This document shows, piece after piece, positions 13,131-25,281 of a stretch of 64,000 nt of DNA. The translations under genes were made by a program, and so were the position numbers. Under the pieces are notes generated by a model, which saw only the letters and a list, made by a program, of their open reading frames with translations, made no database searches and had not been told where the DNA came from. Within the stretch, counting starts at the first letter, position 1, and each line of letters begins with the position of its first letter. The stretch is from Mesotaenium endlicherianum. Lineage: Eukaryota. The stretch covers positions 190,196 to 254,195 of the forward strand of contig WELA01002119.1 of NCBI GenBank assembly GCA_009602735.1, read 5' to 3'.

Positions 13131-16098
13131 GCACCTCGCGTGGATTGTTTGCACGCTTGATGCTATCGACTCATCACATGTATAGGTTGGCACGCCGCAC
13201 CACCCTCAAATTGTGCAAGTGGCAAAACGGTTCAAAATATAAGGTGCAAAAAGTGATGGGAAGTGATCCCATGTCAAATTGCGAAGAAGACCAATTTTTG
13301 GTTTTCCTTGGGTGCATCCCACATGAGGAATAGTCTTCAAAATGCATTTACATCCATAGGCTTCCTACTCACTATGTGACTAAAGTAAATAGGTGGCAGC
13401 AAGATATCTATTAAAGTGCGCTTTTCAAGATCTGCGAAATAATGTTGCAACACGTCAACGCCCTTTTTGTTCCTCGAAAGTTGTCAACGAGCTGCAACAG
13501 TTAGATTTGTGACTCTGTTGGTTATTTTTGTTGATTGTCTATCCGGCGTGTATAACTTACGGCCTGATAGGATGTGATACGTGTGAGAGGTGCAAAAGTC
13601 ATATATATTTTTTATTCTTATTTTTTTGTGAAGTGTAAATTATAATCTTGAAATTTATATACATTAATATTCATCAAATATATCCACTTGTGCGTACGGA
13701 GGTGTAAATGTCAAGCTTACAACCTTACGGATTACAACTTGAGTACTTTACAAGATTTATCAGTGCTACTTGAACTTGTTTTGTTGAAGGAACGTCAACA
13801 AAAAAGAAAACATCATTGAGGTACAAATCCCGTGCTAATCTTCACAACCTTGTCCACGCTTTTTGCTACTTCACTTTGACCTCATGCCATTGATCCATAA
13901 AGGCAAATGCATTTTGTCGTCAAAATTTGCATTCCGTTTTAAGAGCACACATTTTGAAATAAATCTCCACCTCTTTAACAACAACTTCTCAAAATTCAAG
14001 CACGAAGACTGAATACTAAATCTAAGGTGAAGTGTATGCTTGTTAAGTGCAATTTCAAGTGTCTTGTGCTTGCATACTTGGTGATTGTAGTGAGCCACTA
14101 TGTGCGTGAGCACCGAGATAGCATCGGGTCGAGATTGCTTGCCTAGCTTGCATAGAATGGTGGGGACCTAGAATTGGTTGGTCCGAAGGGGGAGTTGGGG
14201 GACAGATTGGTCGCTTGAAGAGGATTGTTGAAGGTCGAAGAGAGAATTTTGAGAGTGAACCTGTATGAATTAAGCACTCTTGACTCAATTTACTTTTGGA
14301 TGCTTTAAGGTTGCAATTGTACGGTTATGAAAGTGTAATTTGTATTTTTCTAGCATTTTATATGTATAGAGTGTGATTTTAGAAAAAATTTGGTCTTTGT
14401 TTCAAGTCGTTTGGATAAGTATTGAGAAAGTTATGACTTCTGGGAGTTTTTAATGAGTTTTAAATGTCACTGATTCAATGTAGTGATAAGGACAGGTCCA
14501 GTGACGAAAATTTCGGTTGGAGTCCAGGAAGTAGGCCACTGAATCTTGATGATTCCAAACACTACGTACAATTACGTAGAGTGCCAAAGTGATTGTGGAA
14601 TTTCTAGAAACTCCGTGAGGAGTAAGTGGATTGTGTAATAGAATATTCTAAAAGGTGATTGCGTGTGTGTGAGTGTGCTAGCTTGTCCAACTAGGCAATG
14701 TCACCTTCATGGAAGAAGCCATAGTAGAAGGTTTTGGAGGTACTTTGCTAGAGAGGACACTTAGAGTTGAGGCATGAATAGGAAGCAAAAAGAAGTAGAG
14801 GGGATCTAGCCTAGTCTAGTCTTATCTAATTTTATTTTAGCTTGTACTCTACTTTTCTTAATGAAGTGAGTGTTCTTCCACTCCTCTCTCATGTAGCTCT
14901 CTTACTCTTGCAAGGGTGGCACACCACCAGGCCACTCCACCTTGTGTATGCAACTAGGAAAGGTCCTCGTGCACGCTTCCACTGGCGGGTGAGGGTGCGT
15001 GAGTGTGTATGGGCGCACTCCTCACACCCTTTCTCCTCACTCTGAGACGAGTCTAGTGCAAAAACTCATTTTTGTTAAGTATTTTTCAAGGCGGAGAAGA
15101 CCAATTCTTCGCCACATTTGAGCTAAGGGTTTTGGAGGCGAAGAAAGGCAGTCCTTGGCCTCACTCCGCCACTTTTCGGCTCAAAAATACAGTTCTCCGT
15201 CTGATTTTCCGCTTGCAAGCGGAGTTACATGCAAATCAAGGAGACACTGGCCAATCAGCAAACGGAGTTACAAGCCGATCAGGACACTGTACAATATCTT
15301 CCGAACCCAACCATTTCGAGGAAGCGAGGGCAATTGACTGTTTACTAAAAAGTCGCTTTCGCTTATGAATGTGTTTCGACAAGCTAGATCCCTTTTGACT
15401 TCTTTCATTGGTCCGTTTTGACTTCTTTCATTGGTCGCTCTAACCGCGGCTGGGTCTCACACCGACAGGGCCGTGGAGAGGTCGTTGACACTAAGGGCTT
15501 TCCTCAGCATTTCAACGTGGGTTTTAAAAAGGTCATGTGATAGGTCGAGACGCGCGAGACGGCCCTTTGAGGGCCACTCTCGGCACCCGACTTAGGCCAA
15601 GGAACTCCTTGGCTTGATCGACGGCCGCCACCTTGACCGCATCTGCAAGATCGGCGGACGGGGGACGTTGTGACGATTTCCCTTAACGATTTTCCTTAAC
15701 GATAAATTATAGTTGCTCACGTTCTGCACGCCAGCAGCGAGCGACCTGATCGCCCAAGGTAGATCCGCCCAACCGACTCAATAAATTATGACATGATTGG
15801 CAGACGCGAATTCGTGTAAATTCGCGTCAAGGCACGTTAACAGGCCGCGGGTGTACCAGCAAAAAAAATTGCCTCGGACCATAACCGATCGAAATCGCTG
15901 ACAATTGGTCGCTAGCCCAAGCAAACCATATTGGGCGATTGTCACGTTATGCTGACCAATCAACGAGCAACGTGGAACGACGACTTACCAAGCCCACATC
16001 GGTTTAGTCGACTTGGAAATAAATTCAAAATTGCAACATGTACTGAAGCTCATTTGTAAAAGTCAACCTCAGTTTTTTTGAACTTATGGATACATGTC

Positions 16099-17010
16099 GT
16101 GCATTACAAGGTCGAGTGCGCAACACAAATATAAGCAACACATCATGAGCAAGCAGGCTTTGCTGCAATGACGTCTATAATATATGTGGCTTTATAGCCA
16201 AAAAGGGAGTCAAGTCTCAAATGTTTTAATCAACGGGTGGGTACTCTCCAGAGTGAGGACCTCAAGACTGTAATCTGGCAGGAAAACAATTAATGAAGTA
16301 TGGCCCAAAAGATCACAGGAAGCACATCATGACCTTCAAGAGTAGTCCCATGCAAGAGTTTAAGCTGTCACTTTGCTCACCACTTGTGAAGTTTTTCAAG
16401 TGACGGGAAGCCAGGAGGGCTTGCTCTTCACAAGAGAGTAACTTAGTGGTCCTGAAAACACAAGAGATAAAAGTGTAAGCTTTACCGATAATATCTGTTA
16501 CTTACAACTGGCATAATGGGACTTCTAAAAAAATCTTCTTCTAGGGACATCCTTAGTACTTATACTCCTGGAAATTCGGCGTCGTATGCGGCGGATTCGA
16601 TGTATGCAGTCACTCTAGGAGGCTCTCCTATGTCCACTAATGTGTACAAGGCATGTACTAGCACTCCTATAAGCTAAACATAACTCAAACGACGTGAAAT
16701 TGGTGCCGTTCGGAAGATGCTTCGATGCGCTACACTTTGGTGACTTGGAAATCCAGAAAAGGTCAACATAGATGCGTAAGGTCAATGCAAAGTCGGTCTT
16801 CCTAGGTTGATGGTTTACACAAGTGGAGCTCGATTTTGTACGTCAGCCTCGACTCAATAAATCATGACAGCTATTGTGCGTTACGAGGTCGAGTGCGCAA
16901 TACAGGTATAAGCAACACATCATAAGCAAGCAGGCTTTGCTGCAATGAAGTCTATAATACATGTGGCTTTATAGCCAAAAAGGGAGTCAAGTCTCAAATG
17001 TTTTAATCCA
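16099..17010 (-). repeat. Probable 3' LTR portion of element A, containing a ~133-bp direct repeat (16099-16231 and 16876-17008)
   Basis: On the minus strand a GAGCTGGGGGG purine-rich tract (17011-17021) lies right after the pol stop and is followed by TG at 17010. The two repeat copies are 777 bp apart. The far LTR end was not located. Confidence 0.5.
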
Positions 17011-17021
17011 CCCCCCAGCTC

Positions 17022-20000
17022 TCAGCCTCCAGCTGATGGGCTGTGTACGCTGCCTAAGGCTAGCTCAAAGCAGTCACTGCGAAACCATTCTCCAGCTGGC
17101 ACGCAAGCCAGCGGCGGCTCGAGGCAGCTGATGTGGATGCCGAGGTTGCAGCTGTCGCAGAGCAGCATCTTGGCCCCCTGGCCAAGACTGTGGCAGATCT
17201 GGCACGCCCAGTCCTTGGGCGGGCGCGCGTCGCGAGGACAAATCTGCAAGTCAAAGTTAGGAAGGTGGCATGGTCCACAATTCTTCGTGTGGTCCTTGTG
17301 AAGACGGCCATCTGCGCCTTCCAGCTCCAGGACTCCTGACGCCAAGACGCGCTTGACGCGCAGGATGACCGGCAAGATGCTGGTGTCGAAGGTGTTCTTC
17401 GTCTGACGTCGCAGGTACACGAAGTCACCTGCGGAAAACTGCAACACCCGCGGACGATACGCTCCTCCACGAGTCATGGCATACCTCAGCGTATTGCGAC
17501 TGTGCGATGCTGAGGTTATTCATGGCCATGGGCATCAGGCGCTGGAAGAGTTGCGCACGCTACCCGATAAGAATGCTCCACGTCTCGGGACTGTCCAATT
17601 CCAAGACGTTCACGGTTACGGTCCTAGCTGCGGCGGGCAGGACTGGCTGGCGGCCGTAGAGAAGGAAGTAGGGAGAGTGCGAGGCCAAGGAGGCTTGCTT
17701 ACTGAACCTGTACCCCATAGCCAACCACGGGAGGCCGTCGTCCCAGTGAGTGCTGTCGTGGGCAAGGCAGTACTTCCGCAACCCAAGCTTGACGGTCTGC
17801 ACCATGCGCTCTGCAAGGCCGTCAGCCTGAGGATGATCGCGGGAGGTGGTGCGGTGGTCAATCATAGAGCGCTCCAACAGCTTCTGAAAGCTGCCCTGGA
17901 ACTCTTTGCCCTGGTCGGTCAGCACCTCAGCGCAGCCGCCAAAACGGCTAAGGACCTGATCGAGGAAGGCCTGAGCGATCCCCTCACTGGCCTTGCTGGG
18001 CAAAGGCACAAGCTTGATCCACTTGGACATGTGCTCAATCATCACCAAGACGTAGAGGTTGCCTCGGCGAGACTTGGGCAGCTCTCCAGCCAAGTCGAGC
18101 GACCACCTGTAGAACAGCCCCTGAATAGGGAGGGGGTTGAGAGCGACAGTGCGGGCTGTGAAGCTCGAGCGCACACGGTCGCAGTGAGTGCAGCTGCTGA
18201 CAACGTCGGCGACGACCTTAGTCATGCCAGACCACCAGTACTCGGCCTGAAGAAGGCTGAGCGTGCGCTTGACACCGAAGTGTCCCAGTGCCTCGTGCAC
18301 ACGGCGCACCAGCTGACTGCGTATAGCAGGCTCAGAAACCACCAGGACGGAGCCGTCCGCCATCACCCGGCGCACGCACCCCTCCATGAGAACGAAGTCG
18401 CGACTGCGCTTGAGGACGCGCTTGCGCTCCCTCGTGGTGACGCCTGGAGCCATCACCTTAGAGGTGACATACTGCAACACTGGGGCGTCCTCCCAAACAT
18501 CATCGAGCCCCGCTGCTAGCTGTCCTGCTCCTTTGCTGCTGCCAATGCCAAGCGCCGCGTGTTGACAGTCACCATGGCCAAGCTCGTGAGCCCTTCAGGT
18601 CGCACCTCGCTGTCCCCCGTGAAGGCCAAGAATGTTGCTGCATGCCACGCCACAGGCTCGTCCTCGTCATGGCGTGCCACAATTAGGTCCCTTGACGATG
18701 GAAGTGGGTTACGGCTGAGGCCGTCGGCGTCCATGTTAGTGGACCCAGGGCGGTGATGCACGTCGAAGGTGTACTCCTGTAGAATGAGCGCCCATCGTGC
18801 ATACTTGCCTGTCAAACGCTCTGACGTCATGAGCCACTTGAGTGGCTCATTGTCGATGACCAGGCGGAAGTGGGTGTTGTAGAGGTAATGCCTGAAGTGC
18901 ACAATTGCTCAGACTGCTGCCAGGCACTCCCCCTTGTAAGAGTCGTAGTTGCTCTCGGCGCGGTTGTTCCTGCGGCTAGCGTAGGCCACCACGTGCTCGA
19001 AGGCCACATGCTCCTGCACCAGCACCGTGCCCAGCCCTGCCTGCGACCAGTCGGTGTGGAGGATGAAGGGTTTCTTGTAGTCGGGCCGTCGCAGCACCGG
19101 TGCGCTCACCAACAGCTCCTTGAGCTTGTCAAACGCCGCCTGCTGCTCTGGCCCCCACACATAAGCAACACCCTTCCGCAACAAGTCGTTGAGCGGCTTG
19201 GCCAGCTCGCTGAACCCTGGCACAAAGCGCCGATAGTAGTTGGCGATGCCAAGATAAGCCCTCAGCTGCGAGAGATCCGTGGGCGGCGGAATGCTCGTGA
19301 TGGCTGAGATCTTGGCCTGCTGCGGCGCCAAACGGCTCAAAGAGAGCAGATGCCTGAGGTCTCCACCTCTTGAGTCCCAAACGTACACTTGCCGGGATGG
19401 CACTTGAGCCCCGCGGCCTCCAAGCGCTTCAACACGGTAGTGACGTGGGCCACGTGCTCCTCAAATAACTCACTGAAGACGAGCACGTCATTGATGTAGC
19501 ACCGGGCGAAGGGAAGCCCTGACAGCTCCTTATCTATGACCCTCTGAAAGGTGGCCGGCGCGTTCTTCAACCCAAAAGGCATCACCACCCACTCGTAGAG
19601 GCGTTGTGCCCCCCAGAATGCCGTCTTATGTTGATCCTCCTCGGCGATGGGAATCTGGTTGAAGCCATGGCGCAGGTCCAGCACTGAGAACCAAGTGCTG
19701 GTGCCATGTCATCAAAGATCTTGTCTGGTGTCGGCATAGGGTACCTGTCCTGCCCAGTGACCTCGTTCAAGCGACGATAGTCACCGCACATCCTCTTCTT
19801 GGACCTGTTGCCCGAGGCATCCTTCTTGGCTGGCATGATCGTGGGCGCGGCGTAGCGAGACGAAGACTCCCTGATGAGCCGATTGTCCTCCAGCTTGCCC
19901 GTCTGTGCGTCGATCAGACCATCCTCGAAGTGACTGTAGCAATATCTTTTAAGAAAGATAGGCTCCTTGGATGTGAGAGAGATTTGCATGGGATCCCCCT

Positions 20001-20380
20001 TGTAGCGCCCGAGGTCATGCATGCCGCTGGCAAAGCTGACGCTGCGTCTCCCATCCAGCAGTGTCGTCAGCTGTGCCGCCTGGGCTTCAGTGAGTCTCCC
20101 CCAGCTTCCATGTAGGCGCAGCTGGTGAGGGCTCCTGCCCTGCAGCCGGCTCCTCCTGCCCTGCTGCTGACGTAAGATGTGGCGCTGCAGGTGTCATCTG
20201 CCCTGCAGCGGTCTGTGCTTGGCCTGCGATGGGTGCCTCCTCCTTGGCAGCTGCTGCCAGCTGCACTGCACCGCCTGCCTGAGGTCGCGAGCGAGGAAAA
20301 AGAAATGGCGACCGGAACTCCCTGGGTTGCTGTGAGGCCTCCTCTCTCTTGCGTCCCCCCCCCAGCGAACCAGAATCGTC
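17022..20380 (-). mobile_element. Decayed Ty3/gypsy retrotransposon (element A): RT-RNaseH-integrase with C-terminal PHD finger
   Basis: RT: KRMCGDYRRLN, LDLRHGFNQI, MPFGLKNAPATFQR, YINDVLVF (YIDD mutated). RNase H: LHTDWS..GLG, Y.S..GECLAAV. Integrase: H..LGH..CTHC, WSLDL, TDQG.EF, ERMVQT. PHD at 17070-17204. Several frameshifts; gag and protease absent. Confidence 0.9.
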
Positions 20381-20701
20381 ACGGATATATACTTGCCAAT
20401 GCGAGCCATCTGAGTGCGCTTGGCATTCTTGCGACACCTATGATAAGGTGAATGTGACGAGACAACCGTTTTGGTTGATCGTGGCAACCCGAAGGGTCAA
20501 CGTCTTCACGTGACATGTGAGAGGAGACACACCTCTTCTTGGGAGGTATCGTATTGACTTCTTGGTGTATACCAAGAGTCTCGTGACTTTACGAAAGAGT
20601 CATCGTGCCTCTTTGTAATATAACATATATCCTTTATATATACTATATATCGCGCTATATATCTCTATATCAGAATCGAGAATATAAGATATCTAGCTAT
20701 T

Positions 20702-21585
20702 TGTAATGAATCTTGTTTATTCAAGAACAATAATTGTCATTTAAATATATAAAATCAGAGATAGGTGGAAGCGTGTAGAATCAAGGAGCGATCTTCGCCC
20801 TTATAATGGGTTCCATGGGTTCCGTTTACTCATCTATACCCCTTAACTCACTTACTGTAGTGTGCCATAGTTCCACACTAACTCAAGGCACAAGGAAGAG
20901 ACGAACTTGAGGACAAGAGCTTCTACTTTAGAAAATCATGGCTTCTTGCCTACTAGGCATACAAGCATGTATAAGAACATAAACAACATCAGAGGGCTGA
21001 ATAGCAAAGGCGCTCTCATTCAGATGACCATAATGTAGCTAAAACACATCCCACTGACTTAGGTGCAAAACCATGGAATTTGTCCGCTACGTGACCCCGA
21101 AATGTCAGAAGACATAAGTCTGTCAATACTTCTCCAAATTGCGCAAACTTAACGGCAACAGGCGCATTTTGACAAGACCTTTCCATAAAGTTCTAGTTTG
21201 TTCTATTTGGAGCACAGATGAAGAAGCCATGTCAATTTCCGTGAAGGCTGGTCATAATAGCAAACCCAAAAACAAACACATGACTTGCCAGTAGAAATCC
21301 GACTCTAAAGCCTACAGTCCAGCATGAGAGATCACGAGATCCCAGCCTGCTATGTACCTAGTGACAACCTGGTTGACCACGGCGCAAGGTGCGCCGTTTC
21401 GTGGGAAACCCGTTAAGTTGGGACCCACGCATCTGGGTATAACGACCATATTAATTTGTCGGTTGACTTACGTCCTAACTGTTCAGTTTACTGATGACGG
21501 CTCCGCCTACCCAGGAGTTGACCGCACTGATAGGACATCGGCTTACCAAATCTCAATCGACCTCCCGACTTTCAATATACTACGG
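20702..21585 (-). repeat. LTR of family D (partial), interrupted at 21585 by a family-B element
   Basis: Long collinear similarity to the solo LTR at 43451-44635; terminus TGTAATGAATC at 20702. Confidence 0.75.
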
Positions 21586-22916
21586 TGTCATGAATCAGCA
21601 TATTAGTGCATATAATATTCATTTAAATATAATAGTTAATTAAGTTCAGCCTGCTAGACTTTAGTTAATAGTCAGTCAACTGGACTTTACATAATTATCA
21701 GTTTAATGACTCAGCCGGAAGCAGCAAGCTGAAGTCCATATAAGTCAGCTTGCTAACCCATTCTTTGACAACCAGCTGACTTCCGTAGTCGGTAGCAGCG
21801 AACTGCCTTGACATACACCTAAGTACGATATGCTAGATGAATGGCCAGATGACATCCCTATGATGGATGGCTATTCGGGATGATGGGAAATGGCGGTGGA
21901 TTTGGTTAACCGAGGTCCTACCAACGTGGTTAACTCCCGGGTAGGCGATGCCATCGCACTGACCGTTGAACAGTAAACTCATTCCATGTACATATGCTAG
22001 GCATTGCTCTCGAGTTCGGCATTCGGAAACGAGGCCAACTCTCTTGTACAGCTTACTGAGAGAGATCTGAATCCAAGGCGAGAAGCCATTGATACGCACT
22101 GTCTTCTAACCTTGCTTATGTATGAGTTTACTGATTTGCATTATTGATGCTAGTTTACTCTCATTTGACTGACGAGTATTATTCACTGCTAGTGTGTTGT
22201 CCTTTGCCGTTAAACCAGTTAACGGAAAATACCATAAAGATTACTTGCTGATATAAAGATCCTTATTAATTGTTAATCGCCCAATTGGTAAGTCGATTCA
22301 TTTCAGTGGTATCGGAGCGGTTATCACAGTCTTCTTTGTATGGTAAGGACAAGGTCTCAAACTAGCAACTCCCGAGACATGGAGAACCAGGATAATGAGA
22401 ATGTAAAAAACCAGGCGGAAAGCCATGTTGCGAGAACCCGTACCTATTCTGAAGCAGTAGCAGATACTGCAGCTAGAGAGGCTGCAGATGAGGCAGCTGC
22501 TATTGCCGCAGTTGAAACTCAGCAAGCTGATGTGAGAGAGCCAGGCTAGAAGCTGAACAAGTAGCAAAGGCCGCTGAAGATACAAAAAGGAGGGAAGGAC
22601 AGCCAACTGACGAGCGCACTGTTGAAGAACTTATGGCATCAAGGGCCAATGTTCTGAACCCACCTCCTGCTGTACAACTCGATGTACCCCTAGGTCAAAT
22701 ACGTGACCGGCTGAATGCGGCAGGAATTGCTGCTGCAGGAGCGAGAGGGATTGTTGAGGACACTACTAAGCGAGTAGATGCCAATGCTGCTGCTGCATTT
22801 GCTAATCTACCACCCTAGAGTATAGACTTGGGAGCATTGTTCGTTCAGATGCAGTCGCAAATGGCGACCATGTATCAGTCCCAGCAGGAGGACAAAAGAA
22901 TCATAATGTCCCTACT
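21586..22916 (+). mobile_element. Family-B chromovirus copy B1: 5' LTR (21586-22305), PBS (22307-22318), decayed gag start; runs into the assembly gap
   Basis: Near-identical to 33082-34440. TG..CA LTR and TGGTATCGGAGC PBS; gag ATG at 22340 with frameshifts and a stop. Confidence 0.9.
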
Positions 22917-23080
22917 NNNNNNNNNNNNNNNNNNNNNNNNNNNNNNNNNNNNNNNNNNNNNNNNNNNNNNNNNNNNNNNNNNNNNNNNNNNNNNNNNNNN
23001 NNNNNNNNNNNNNNNNNNNNNNNNNNNNNNNNNNNNNNNNNNNNNNNNNNNNNNNNNNNNNNNNNNNNNNNNNNNNNNNN
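22917..23080. other. Assembly gap (N run)
   Basis: Run of Ns. Confidence 1.
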
Positions 23081-25281
23081 TGTTCAACGGTCAGTGCGAT
23101 GGCACCGCCTACCCGAAAGTTAACCACGTTGGTAGGACCTCGGTTAACCATATCCACCGCCATCTCCCATCATCCCGAATAGCCATCCATCATAGGGATG
23201 TCATCTAGCTATTCATCTAGCATATCGCACTTAGATGCATAGCAAGGCAGTTCGCTGCTACCGAGTACGGAAGTCAGCTGGCTGTCAAAGAATGGATCAG
23301 CAAGCTGACTTATATGGACTTCAGCCTGCTGCTTCCGGCTGAATCATTAAACTGATAATTTTGTAAAGTCCAGCATACTGACAACTAACTAAAGTTCAGC
23401 AGGCTAAACTTGATTAACTATTATATTTAAATGAATATTATATGCACTAATATACTGATTCATTACAATCCCTCCAACTTAACTTGTTGTCGCCTCGACA
23501 ACATTAAACTGCAGAAATTTTAAATAAGGGAACTGAACCTGACCAGCCTCCCTTACTGACTGCCTCTTCAGTCTGTCACCTTAAGGGGTTGTTCCTGGGG
23601 CTTCAGGGTCAGGAGACGGAGATCTGGACCTAGATCTGGACAGCCCTCTAGGTCTGTCAGCTGGCCTTCTAAAGAACCCTGTTTGCTCTAAAGTTGGCCC
23701 TCGAGGAGAACGGAGGATGGTGGCCTGCTCTTCAACCACTTGGGTGTTGATCCCCACATAGACAGGCATTCCAGTAGGATGCTGAAATACATTGGCTAAA
23801 GGTACATGCCCCTGAGCGGAGGGGGAGGCTGGCATACCTCTGGCCCACCCGCGTGTCCCTCTTCTGACAACCCTGTCCTCTGGGGATTTCTGTCTGTGTC
23901 TGCTGTCCAGTACAGTCAGATCAGCTTCTTCCCCTGCTTGGGCAGGTGGACTGGGGGAGCGAGCGCGGGGTCCAGTTGTCGCCATAACGGGGATCACATT
24001 CCAAACACCTGATCGTGGTTCTTTAGGAAGTGCCACTGCCTGTCCCTGGGTATCCTGAGTACCTGCTGCTGATGCTTCTCCTCTGCCTTGTTCTTCTTCC
24101 TCATCCTCCTCATCCTCCTCCTCGGAGAGAGTAGGGGTCTCGTCCACTAAGTCGTCCTGCTCCCTAGTAGACATGGAGTAGTCTACCGACCTCCCTTTCT
24201 TAGGGCGCGCTGGAGGTTGCTTGGCCTTCAGCCTACTGATATCTATCCGGCCTGCATTCTTTGCCCATTTGACAAAGGCATGCTTTCCCTTAGAGAAGTA
24301 GTCTCTTCCCCTCCTCCTATGTTCCTTGGTCTCTGCATTCATATTGCTCAGGCATCCATTCAGCCTGGGGTCCCAAGGGGCAATGTGAGGTGGTAGGATG
24401 AGATAGCCGTCTAGGCCATAGTGGAAGTCATCCGGTTGGGCTCGGTCACACTCCTGCTTCTTATTTGTGACGGTCATCCACCTCCAGTTTGTTGGCTGCT
24501 GGTAGTACTGGGGTCCGTGCTCAGCCTTCCTCATTTTACACGGGAACCAGTGGGGAGAGAACATCTGCTGTCCTGCTTCCCTGGCCAAGTACTCCCAGCT
24601 CCTTCTCTCAACTTCATTGTAAGCTGGCAGGAGTGTGAGGTAGAATACCGTATCCTTAAAGCTATCGGGCCGCATGCTCACCATCCGGATGAGTCTCTGA
24701 TCTCCCACTATTCCCGGTATGGGGACCGGCTTGTCCTCTGAATCATCTGCGAGATACCGGGGCTGCTCCGCTGTATAGCCCACCATCTTAGCATAATCTT
24801 CGTAAAGGACCACGCCGGTGTGTGTCTCGATGTACCTATCCAGTGCTGTAGCTCCTTCCTTCTGTAGCAGTGTTGTCTGTTCCAGCCTGTTGATCTCCTG
24901 GGCTGCCAGCAATGCTTCCTTCAGGTTATCGAAGTTTTGGCCACCCACCACAGTATACCTGTAAGTGGCCAAGCTCTTCTGTCTGTCCGCTTCAATCTTT
25001 TTCCTTTTCTCCTCTTCTGCCGCTGCCGCTGCCGCTTCTTCTTGCTGTTTCTTCTGTCTCTCCTCCTCAGCCTTCCTGAGGTTTTCCGCTTCCTGATCCT
25101 TCTTCCTCTGTGCCTCTTCTGCCGCCTCTTGTTGTTTGCGGACCCTTTCTTGTTCTCTCTTGGTGAGGGACGTCGCCGCCAGCTCCTTCTGGTATTGCTC
25201 CATTGTCCTCCTGGCTTCTTCTGCCTTGCGCTTTCTGTCCTCCTTTTGTGTGGTGGGCGCCATCCTGTACATGTAACCAGG
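23081..25281 (-). mobile_element. Family-B copy B2 (inverted): ORF3, PPT (23468-23481) and 3' LTR part (23081-23467)
   Basis: Reverse complement of ~39374-41570; truncated at 25281 by the LTR of copy B3. Confidence 0.9.
23581..25263 (-). CDS. Retrotransposon ORF3, second intact copy (unknown protein)
   Basis: Open frame almost identical to 39392-41068 (MAPTTQKEDRKRK...PEAPGTTP). Confidence 0.8.
   Translation of the reverse strand: MAPTTQKEDRKRKAEEARRTMEQYQKELAATSLTKREQERVRKQQEAAEEAQRKKDQEAENLRKAEEERQKKQQEEAAAAAAEEEKRKKIEADRQKSLATYRYTVVGGQNFDNLKEALLAAQEINRLEQTTLLQKEGATALDRYIETHTGVVLYEDYAKMVGYTAEQPRYLADDSEDKPVPIPGIVGDQRLIRMVSMRPDSFKDTVFYLTLLPAYNEVERRSWEYLAREAGQQMFSPHWFPCKMRKAEHGPQYYQQPTNWRWMTVTNKKQECDRAQPDDFHYGLDGYLILPPHIAPWDPRLNGCLSNMNAETKEHRRRGRDYFSKGKHAFVKWAKNAGRIDISRLKAKQPPARPKKGRSVDYSMSTREQDDLVDETPTLSEEEDEEDEEEEQGRGEASAAGTQDTQGQAVALPKEPRSGVWNVIPVMATTGPRARSPSPPAQAGEEADLTVLDSRHRQKSPEDRVVRRGTRGWARGMPASPSAQGHVPLANVFQHPTGMPVYVGINTQVVEEQATILRSPRGPTLEQTGFFRRPADRPRGLSRSRSRSPSPDPEAPGTTP

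Noticed and set aside
15390..15440. Short tandem duplications here and at ~59993-60030, considered as CRISPR-like
   Set aside because: Only two adjacent units without spacers, in a eukaryotic context with no cas genes.
17476..18519. 347-aa plus-strand ORF
   Set aside because: Antisense shadow of the GC-rich integrase.
21370..21450. Hammerhead-like three-way geometry on the minus strand of the D LTR (GTGGG..CCCAC-GAAAC stem)
   Set aside because: The core reads CAGATGC, not CTGANGA; the cleavage triplet is GTG; the second copy (~44110-44180) does not conserve the core.
21833..22099. Recurrent 60-100 aa ORFs (..CDGTAYPGVNHVGRTSVN..), also at 25529, 33355 and 41429
   Set aside because: These are antisense frames within LTR copies; recurrence reflects LTR identity, and their starts and ends vary.
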